From assembly GCF_964188315.1 (NCBI RefSeq), contig NC_135655.1, forward strand, positions 78,058,001-78,122,000: 64,000 bases of DNA. The letters are read 5' to 3'. This document shows, one piece after another, positions 1-10,300 of the stretch (the stretch's first letter is position 1; every line of letters begins with the position of its first letter). The notes under the pieces were generated by a model, which worked only from the letters and a program-made list of their open reading frames with translations, was not told the DNA's origin and did not search any database. The stretch is from Podarcis muralis (Eukaryota). A program made the position numbers and the translations under genes.

Positions 1-73
1 AAAATTCAGGAATGAAGATTTGAGAAGCTTTTAACTGCATGACTTCATGAAAGCATTCAATTCATTTACTTAC

Positions 74-211
74 ATAGTTTGTAGCCCACCAAGATTTCAG
101 TTTCAAGTACCATTGTAGCTTTGGTCCTAGATTATGTGCAAAATCTTTGCCAAGGCCTTCCATCCTTTTAAATTCCTCATCGTTCATAAGTGGTCGAACT
201 GATTCCAAATA
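74..211 (-). CDS. CPT1A: Carnitine palmitoyltransferase 1A, coding exon 6 (138 bp); gene continues beyond the left edge
   Basis: Reverse complement translates [46 protein letters not shown]; ttccAG acceptor (213-212), GTaagt donor (73-72); phase 0/0. Confidence 0.96.
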
Positions 212-2657
212 CTGGAATTGATAAGAAGAACTGGTGTCAATGCAGAAGGGTGTACCAAAACCAAGTCAGTAATTTACAACAGAGCAGCAGCAACTGGCAA
301 TGGGATACAGTGGGATGATCAGGAGAAACCCTAGTTACAGGATTTGTTGATGCTGTTGCAAGTCATCACTGGGAACCTGAGAAACAAGCTAACAAGAACA
401 ACATCAAGAAGATGGAAACAAGTCTCTGTAAGAAAATAAGCGAGCAAGAGAGACTTGAAGAATGTCAAACTATCTGTTGCTTATATTTCCATTCAAACTA
501 CGATTAAAAAGTGTTTGCATCTACCGTCACCTTGTAGAAAATACCTGGAAATATTTTGTAGGTTGTTTTGTTTTGACTAGAAGATCTTCCAAATGGAGTT
601 GCTAACCCGTGGCATTGTTTGCATGCATTGTTTGGAACTCCAGCTCACATCAGCCCCAGAGAGTGTGGCAGGTGATAAAGGATGATGGGAGTTTGAGTCC
701 CACAACATTTGGAGTGCCACAGGTAAGCCATCCCTGAAGCAGATCATGTTGTTGTTTAGAAGAATCGACTCTTTATTGGAAGGTGTCATTCTCTCTATTC
801 TGATGTTCAGGTGAGAGTGCCAATGTTTGTGCAGCAAAAACAGCACCGCACAAACGCACATAAGAGGGAAGTGTTAGCAGGTGCTGTGGAGACATGAAGC
901 TTGCAAAAGTACAAAAAAAAAACCCTATGGTGAAAGGAGGAAACCCTTCAACTCCGACGAAGGTTAACACAACTGCACATGGGTCATAAATTGCACCTGA
1001 CTCATCCTACAAAGAACTGTGGAAACAAGGTTTGTGTGGCAGGCCCCCAACAGCCATTGTGCAGGCATGAGGCTGTGTGTGCTGGTAAAAGGAAAACTGG
1101 GGGTGGGGGAGGTGAACAAAGGGCCAAGGACACAAGATGGAAGAGTCTAGAGCAGAGAAAGCTTAGTGGGGGAAGGGGAAAGAGGCACGACAAAAGTAGG
1201 AAAAAAGAACAGGGCATGCGGAGAGATAAAGAAACAAATGAGACAATAGGGGAAGGAATGAAGTGAAGACAGAGCAGGAACAGACTGGAGAGGAGGAAAT
1301 AGCAGCACAACTGACAGGAGAGGAGAGGAAAAAGGAGAAGTGAGAAAAAGCTGGAAGAGTGGAAGAGGAGTTACATATAAGGGAAAGGAAATGGGAGAAA
1401 CTAACCCATTAACTGAGCTCTAGCTTATAAGCTATCAAGTCACATTTTAAAGCTTATGGCAAATTAGCAGGTCTCTAGCTATTAAACATGTTTTCAGTTT
1501 TTTAGTTCTTCCACACATACAAATTTCATTTTACTATAGAAGCACAGCGCCACAACTTGCACAGTTACTCTTTAGTTATCAGCACTTCCATTTGCCTCCA
1601 AAATTTAGCATGAACCATTTTCCCAGCAGCAATGAAAGAGATCAGTTCTCCGGCCCAGTTTCAATGTCTGTTCCTGCATTGCAAAACTCTTTTTTGCAAG
1701 TCTGGAGTGTGTGTTGGGCTCATCATCTCTATCAGCACGTTGATCCTGGTGGGCTTAAACTATCATTCGTTGTTACATCTGAAACTGTTCCAGCCATGTT
1801 AAAACAATTGTTTAAGATCTTGGGTAGTAAACTGACATTAAATCAGTTTCTCATTTCTATTGTAATGGGGAACTATAGTTAGGCTAGCCAGGAATGGTGT
1901 CTTGACGAAAGAAGACAGTGGAAGGCCAAGGAGGTAGAGTTTTGACCCAATACACATTCTCCAAGTACTAAACTGCAGTTTAGGAATCCATGAATGTACC
2001 TGTGAACAATTCCCACAAATGGTTAAAACAAACAAAAACCTCTCTCTTCATGATATTGCCAGAAATTTGAATATGTTTGTATTACTTATCATTTTCAGAA
2101 TGACAACATTTAAACAAGATCTTATAGTAATTCCTTACAATGTCCATATATAAAAGATAACTTGTGACCAAATTCCCAGAGATATTATCAGAGATGTTTC
2201 AGTATCTTTTCTCCAACTGGGCCCATTTCACCATGTAATAAATTTTGTGTGTTGAAATTTGCACTCATATTCTTGCAAAATGTTATAGACTTTTGAAAGA
2301 ATATAATATGCTATATGCTGGGGGGGGGGGGTTATTTCGTTTGAGAAAAAAATGCACTTTTAAAATTGTTATCGTGGTTTCCTTTCATCATCACGTACTG
2401 GTGATTTTCATAATGTAATTCTTAGGACAAAGTCCATTGAGGAAAACAATCACAAGACTCCAAGCCATTTAAAGATTACACAATGCAGACAGAAGATAAA
2501 AGACATGGAAATGTAAAGACTGACTATCTTGCCTTTAGGGGTATAAATATAAGATAAAGTAAAGGTCTGCCCTTGAGTATTCTTGAGTTTGTTGTGAATG
2601 GATACAGACATACCTTAACCTAGAACCGAACTAATTAGAAATCATGTTACATCTTTA

Positions 2658-2999
<342 letters not shown>

Positions 3000-3200
3000 T
3001 CACATGGCTTTTGGTTTATCCTCTTAATTCAGATCCCCTACTATACCAAGCTAACCCTAGCAACATTTCCCTGCATTCTTTCCTCCCAACTCATCTTTAC
3101 CCTTGTAATCTCCTTCCGGTCAGGGACCTGACTAACTCATGTAAGGTTTGTGTACATTGACAGCACAGTACTGAACTATTAATCATCTCTTCCTTTATCA

Positions 3201-3308
3201 CAGCCTTCCCCACCTGGTGGCCTCCAGATGTTTTGGACTTCAACTCCCACCAACCTCATGGGAATTGTAGTCCAAGACATCTGGAGACCACCAAATTGAG
3301 GAAGGCTG
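3201..3308. mobile_element. Palindromic hAT-type MITE (actacaactccca family)
   Basis: CAGCCTT...AAGGCTG termini and internal inverted repeat; 8-bp flanks only partly similar (ctttatca/ctttactg). Confidence 0.6.
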
Positions 3309-5413
3309 CTTTACTGGAATATTTTCAGTAGCAAAATTGTCAAGGACAGAGGAAAGAGCATAGGTATTCCACATGAACAGCCAGAACACTCAAGTGTTTC
3401 ATGGTGCAGGACAGGACAACTACATCCCTGGGAGCTAAAGCTTTTGAAGGGGGATGAGGCATGTACACCAGATGTAGACCATCTAGACAACATTGAAGCA
3501 TGTTGGCCTTTCCACTGCCTTCCACTGGACTGCCTATATCTTCCGGAACTGCAGCCTGCGGCTGTGCCTTTGTGTGTGTCCAAGTGTGTTTATAAGTGTG
3601 CACTCAGGTTACATTTGAGGATGGCTTGGGGATTTGGAAACTAGTTGAAGCTGGTGTGTGTTTAATGCTTGGTATTTGTCGTTCAAGAGCAGTATTTATG
3701 TTCATTTTAGATTATTTCAGTGTTTTATTAGACTAAGACCATTTTGTTCATCTGGGTTTTTGTTTTTTGTTTATTTTGGCATTCTATATTGCCTGTTTCA
3801 ATTATCTGCTCTGCTGCTTCGCTTCACCTCCACTGTTCATTAGGACAAACGAGGCACTGCTCCACCAATCTCTCTTTGCTCTCAGCTAGCCTCCACCCAG
3901 CTGCATTCTTACTTACAACTAATCCAGGGGGGGGTAAAGGCTATCAACTTCCTCCTTAGATTCAGCGTTGCCTTAGTACTGCTCAGCATGGAGGAGGACA
4001 GGGACAAAACTATTATTAGCTGGCCCCACCTGGCGTTGGCTCTGCCTACTATTGGTCTCCCTGCCTTCCACCTTAGCAGTCCCAGTGGGCACCAACCACT
4101 GCTGGATTAAACTTTCATTTTCTAAACTTTTGCAGAACACAGAAGTTCACACAATGAGCACAGATTAATAATGACACAATCAACCATTGTTCCCAAGGTT
4201 CTTTAATTAGGGAAATAAAGAAAAAATGTGAAAACGAGTTACAGTAAGGAAAGAAGCTTGGGGGGAAAGCTAGACTGGTCAATGGTGTTGTAGTGAAATA
4301 GAATGCTGCAACCTAGCGAGTAAGCCAGTTAGTTTAAAATATCTCAAATATCTGAGAATTTTAGTCCTGGGAGAAGAGAAGCAATGTTAGTTATATTTCT
4401 TAACACACTTGCCATTTTAGTTATAATAAACAGCTTCCTGTCACTGTCCAGGAGTAAAAATCAAGACAGCAAAACAGATTAGTCATAACTATTCACACTG
4501 CTCAAGCTTAGCATTATAAGAAGAACTGGTCTTTTATGTATTGAATTTGTAGAACATGCCAAAAATTCCAGCCAATGAAAACACCAAGCCAGGCTGACAC
4601 AATACTCTAAAGCCTTACCCTTCAGACAGAACCTGTATTCAAATGAGAAAGCTCTTGGGATCCTATCTGAAGAAAACTATCAGACATTTAATTTGCAACC
4701 AGTTTCTATTTCCCACAGAAGTATTCAACATACAATCTATCATTTCCCCTGAACTCCTTTTTACAATCAAGTAATATATAAAAGGGACAGGATGTAATGA
4801 CCACAAGACCACGTTCTTGGTAAGACCTGTTTACCAACAGGATACATTAGACTATTTATGCTGCAAGGCTACACGGGGGGGGGGGGGGGGCATATTTCCT
4901 CCCAGCTACTTCCCCAACACCACCTGACACATTCTCCTCATGCTTTCTTCAAAATAAGGGAAGAATGGTAAGCAACCACTTCCCTCCCTGTAACACTGAG
5001 GAAGCTGCAAGTTCCTGACAGAAGTGGAATTTGGCTTGAGGTCCTTTTACCAAGGCTTGTGTTCCACTACTGAGAGAAGCTAGTCACACGGTGGTCCTTT
5101 GGGAAGGCTAATTGTGTTGAACATTTAGCTATTCAAATATTGCAGTCAAGAGTAGCCAAGCTTCACCCAAGTGGAGGGCTATTCTGCCAGTTCACAAAAT
5201 GTAACCAAAGGGAAATTTTTGAAGAATAAGCAGCAGCACCTCAATGGCATTCCTTGGTTTCCATTAAATATTAAGGGGCAGTAATAAGAAGGAACTGGGA
5301 AGAAAAATATTGAAGCTGCGCCCCTGAAAACTAAGTTACTAATGGCAGATATAATCAAATAAGTGTCACATCAACTACATATTCTAAAATATAGAGAGAT
5401 AAAAATCTCTTAC

Positions 5414-5585
5414 CATCCATATCTTGGTTCCTGTGGAAAGTTTGCCATGTTCAGCAAACATCCACCCATGGTAGGAAAGCAGCATCTTTAGCGTGTAGCG
5501 CATGGAGAAAATGAGGGCCACCCAGAGCCCCGTCCCAAAAAGAATCCCACTGACAATACCTTGCGTTTGGTTGGACATATAGCCT
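5414..5585 (-). CDS. CPT1A: CPT1A coding exon 4 (172 bp), includes second transmembrane helix
   Basis: (T)[57 protein letters not shown]; aacAG acceptor, GTaaga donor; phase 2 matches exon 3. Confidence 0.96.
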
Positions 5586-6259
5586 CTGTTAAAAAATAAA
5601 AGGAGAGAGAGAGCATCTGTTACTCCAAGAATTCTGGACAAATGTAAAAGAGTGAAGCATACCAAAGTAAGCCACTGTTAGTAAGAAGAGATCATTCTGA
5701 ACATTAGGACTGTGCTGAAATAGACCCCCAAATTCACCAAGGCAGCATGTTTGAGGGGGTGGCGTGCTTGATTATTTTCAGGCTAGGCCCCCAAAATGGC
5801 ACAAATGATTAGGAGGAGGAATATACTTATTAATGGCAGCCCCCCCTTTTCTTTTACTGTTTAAAAAACATTTATAGCAGTGGTGGCTGTAACATTTATA
5901 GCAGTGGTGGCTGTAACAGAGCACCAGCCATCATGTGAATGTGAAACTAGTGTATTTGCGGGGTGGTCAATTACCCTTGGCTAGTGCTGGTGGCAGCCTT
6001 TTTAAAATTGTAAGAGGTGGGGGAAGAGGAAGCTGCCAATACTACCATGGTAAATGCCTTGTTACCATGTTTCAACCCCACCCCCTACCTGCACCCACTG
6101 TTTCAGAAGAGGTACATATTTCAGGGCAGGGACACTGTTTCAGGCGGTACACTGTTTCATGGCTGGAGAGCTGCACTGCAAAATTCCAAGAAGCGTTAAT
6201 TTTAAAGGGTGGCTGTGTTTCAGTTCTTGCATTTTTTTTTTCTAAGAAAGCGCAAACTA

Positions 6260-6518
6260 CCGTATTTTTTGCTCTATAAGACTCACTTTTTCCCTCCTAA
6301 AAAGTAAGGGGAAATGTGTGTGCGTCTTATGGAGCGAATGCAGGCTGCGCAGCTATCCCAGAAGCCAGAACAGCAAGAGGGATTGCTGCTTTCACTGTGC
6401 AGCGATCCCTCTTGCTGTTCTGGCTTCTGAGATTCAGAATATTTTTTTTCTTGTTTTCCTCCTCCAAAAATTAGGTGCGTCTTGTGGTCTGGTGCATCTT
6501 ATAGAGCGAAAAATATGG
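6260..6518. mobile_element. Tc1/mariner-superfamily MITE (CCGTA-terminal, Tc2-like), 259 bp
   Basis: TA|CCGTATTTTTTGCTCTATAAGA...TCTTATAGAGCGAAAAATATGG|TA; internal 30-bp-stem hairpin. Confidence 0.85.
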
Positions 6519-6683
6519 TAAATGTGAACTGGATCACATTTTTTCCTCATTCCTAGTGCCAAGAAATGAAATTTCTCAGAGCTCTTTGTGAGTTCTTAAT
6601 GCACACGCACACATAGAGAGAGCTATATTGTGGTCCACAGACCCAGAATAGCTTGGTGCACCGTGTACTTGTCTCTGCATAAG

Positions 6684-7324
6684 TGTGATGGCCTGGGATT
6701 CCGATTCGGAGGATGAAACAGAGGAATCCCAGCCTGCACAGGAGTCCCCGCCTCCAGGGCCGGCTGAACTGGGGCAAGGCCTAGATGCTGAAGAGCCTGC
6801 ACCTGTGGCAGTGCATCAGGAGCTGGCCCCAGGTGAAGCCCTTCTGGCCCCAGAGAGGCTTGACGACTCAGTGGCCACAGGTGAGCCTCCTCCAGGGCCC
6901 AGTAACCCTTCGGCCTCTCCTGATCTGCAGAGGCTTAGAGCAGAGAGGCGAAGGGAACTGGTTGCCCCCAGGAGGAGTGCTCGCCTTAAGGCCAGAGGAG
7001 GCGGGGCTCCTGGGGGCTGGGACCGCCCATGGCCTTAGAAGAGGATAAAAGCCCAGTCAGCCCGGCCCCAGGTTGCGGGAGCAACGTCGTTGTTGGCTTC
7101 GGACCTTCCTGTGTTCCTGATCCCTGCTCGGTCTCCTGTTCCTGACTATCCGGTACTCCTGTTCCCTGCTCGGCTTCCTGTTCCCGACCATCCGGTGTTC
7201 CTGTTCCCTGCACAGCCTCCTGTTCCAGCGTTCCTGTTCCCCGCCCGGCTCTCTGCCTCGGACCTCACCCCTCTTCGTGTGGACTCTGCTACACCCAAGG
7301 TACCTTACCCCCGGGACCAGCACA
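6684..7324 (+). repeat. 5' LTR (641 bp)
   Basis: Starts TGTGATGG, ends CCAGCACA (7/8 terminal inverted match); reads identical to 11689-12329; TATA-like GATAAAA at 7044-7050. Confidence 0.97.
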
Positions 7325-7326
7325 GT

Positions 7327-7336
7327 TTGCTCCCGC
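7327..7336 (+). other. Self-priming primer-binding site (TTGCTCCCGC)
   Basis: Exact reverse complement of LTR 7075-7084 (GCGGGAGCAA), which lies 31 nt downstream of the start of the TATA-like box. Confidence 0.75.
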
Positions 7337-7387
7337 CACACCCGCACTCCCCCTTCGTAGGGGTGCGTTCGGGAAGAGCCAGAGGCC

Positions 7388-10300
7388 ATGGCTGACCAGG
7401 CGGCTGCACTGGTGGCTTTGGCCCAGGAGAACCAGGCCTTGACTCACACCGTGCAGCAGCTCAGTGACGCGGTTGTGGCACTTCAGCAACGCTTGGAAGC
7501 CCTACCGGCTCCTGGGGCCGACGCCCCGGCTCCGGGCAAGTACCCAGTGGCTTTGCCTGAGAAATTTGATGGAGCCCCGGCCAGCTTTCCCATGTTCCTG
7601 GCCCAGGCCAAGCTGTATATTCAGGGGCGAGCCCGGAACTTTCCTGACGACCGCACCAAGGTGCACTTTTTGATTAGTTTGTTAAAGGACCAGGCGGCCA
7701 AGTGGGCGTTGCCGCTACTCAGGCAAGACTCCCCCTTGCTGGCAGACTATACGGGGTTTTGCAATCGTTTGGAGGCCGCGTTCGGCAACCCCCAGAAAGG
7801 GAGTCAAGCCAACCGGGCGATTCGGCGTTTGAAACAAGGCAAGTCCACGGTGGCCGCATATACCACGGAGTTTCGGCTGTTGGCACAGGACTTGACCTGG
7901 AATGACTCGGCACTGCGGGACCAGTATCTCGAAGGGCTTTCGGACGAGGTACTGGACCAGTTGGCCACAATGGAACGTCCCACCACGCTGGACACTCTCA
8001 TTCAACGGAGTCTACAAATAGACGACCGGTTGGAGGATCGTCGTCAGGCCCGGGGTCGCCGACACTTCCAGTTCACGGCACCAGCTTTTTCCAGCAGCCC
8101 CACGGTCACGACTGATTTAACGGAGGAGCCTATGCAGCTGGGGGCAGTGCGGCCACGCCTTTCCCCCGCAGAGAAGGCGCGGCGTCGGGAGGGAAATCTC
8201 TGTCTTTACTGTGGCGGAAGTGGACACTTCGCTCGGTTCTGCCCTGAGAAACCGCCAACCCCAGTAGCTGATGGCCCTAGCTACCGGGGGTCCCAAACCG
8301 CACAGAATGGGCCCGCACCAATGGACTTGCAACATCTTATGGTTTCGGTACGTTTATACCCTCCAGGTGGGCCCTGGATCCTCACCCATGCTTTGGTAGA
8401 TTCAGGAGCAACCCGCTCCTATATGGACGCTGCTTTTGCCGCCCATCATCAGGTGCCACTTCGGAACAAGCCAGTACCGGTCCAGGTGGAAGCGATTGAC
8501 GGTCGACTTCTGCGTTCAGGTGCCGTTACTCAGGAGACCCAGCCCCTGGTCCTGTGTCTCCAGCAGCACCGGGAGTTGCGAACTTTGGACATTGCCTCTA
8601 TGCCCCGCTTCCCCCTGGTGCTCGGGATGGACTGGCTGGAAGCCCACAACGTTCAGATTGACTGGGTCAAACGGACCGTGCACTTCCCAGACCCATGTTC
8701 CCATGCTCAATCCGGAACGCTGGCGGCCGCGCCCTCAGAGGAGGCAGCACCCACGCTCCCAGCCGTGTACCAGGACTACCAGGACGTGTTCGAGGAACGG
8801 GGGGCAGACCAGCTGCCGCCGCATCGGCCTTTTGACTGCGGCATAGACCTCCAACCCGGAGCGCCTTTACCAGTGAGTCGCTTATATTCTCTAACAGAGC
8901 CAGAGCGCGAGGCTTTGCAGGACTTCTTGCGCAAGAACCTGGAGCGTGGGTTCATTAGGCCTTCCACCTCGCCTACCGCGGCACCAGTGCTTTTCGTTAA
9001 GAAGAAATGTGGGGAACTCCGCCCTTGCCATGATTACCGAGCCCTGAACAAAATTACCGTCCCAGACCGGTACCCCTTGCCCCTTATCTCGGAGCTGCTG
9101 GAGCGGGTGCAAGGGGCACAGGTGTTCACCAAGCTGGACCTCCGGGGGGCCTACAACTTGATTCGGATCCGAGCCGGGGATGAGTGGAAGACAGCGTTTG
9201 GGACCCGGTACGGGCAGTTCGAATATTTGGTTATGCCTTTCGGTTTGTGCAACGCGCCTGCTGTGTTCCAACGCTACATCAACCACGTGTTTCAGGACTT
9301 GTTAGACAAGTACGTGGTGGTGTATTTGGATGACATACTGATTTACTCCCGTGACCCGGCTCGCCATGAGGGACATGTCCGGACCGTGCTGCAGCGCTTG
9401 CGTGAGCACCGTTTGTACGCAAAGCTCAGCAAGTGCGAGTTCCATCAGCGGTCTGTGGACTTCCTTGGTCACCGGCTCTCTCCAGATGGGGTGCAAATGG
9501 ACCCGGGGAAGGTGACAGCGGTTCGAGAATGGGCGGCACCCCGGAACCGCAAGGACCTACAGCGTTTCCTGGGGTTCGCCAATTACTACCGGACCTTCAT
9601 CGCTGATTATGCTCATCGCACCACCCCGTTGACCCGGCTACTGCGCCCAAAGACGCCGTTTTCCTGGGACAAGGAGGCAGAGGAGGCGTTTCAGGGGTTG
9701 AAGGCCTGTTTCCAGAGGGCACCAATCTTACAACATCCTGACCCCTCTCGACCCTTTGTGGTGGAGACCGACGCCTCCAGTACGGCTCTCGGTGCCGTCT
9801 TGTCTCAACAGATTGGTCCTGAAGCGCCACTCTTACCCTGTGCCTTCTATTCCCGCCAGCTCCTACCAGCGGAGCGTAACTATACTGTGTGGGAGCGGGA
9901 ACTACTGGCCATCAAGGTAGCCTTTGAGGTCTGGCGCCACCATCTTGAGGGGGCACGACATCCGGTGGAGGTGAGAACCGACCACCGGAACCTGGAGTAC
10001 CTCCAGACCACCCGCAAGCTGAACCAAAGACAGATCCGGTGGGCGTTGTTCTTTTCCCGGTTCCAGTTCCGGATCCGCTACATCCCTAGCTCTCAGAATC
10101 AGAAGGCGGATGCCCTGTCCCGGAAACCTGAAGACAACGCAGACACGGTACAGCAAGCAGAACCCACCACGATCCTACCTCCGGCTGCATTCCTGGCCAC
10201 CCAGGAGGCGCAGCCACTGCAGGTTCGGGTGCGGGAACAGCAGCGGGTCGACGCTTGGGCCCAGGAACGACTCCGGGAGCTGGCTGAAGGGTCCAGCCCA

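Noticed and set aside
5867-5918. Exact 24-bp tandem duplication (a similar 23-bp one at about 59299-59342)
   Set aside because: Ordinary slippage events in intronic DNA with no sign of function.
8191-8197. Slippery-like heptamer G GGA AAT, in phase, just before the CCHC knuckle
   Set aside because: pol is already in frame; a -1 shift would stop after about 17 codons and delete the knuckle; no obvious stimulatory structure was noted.
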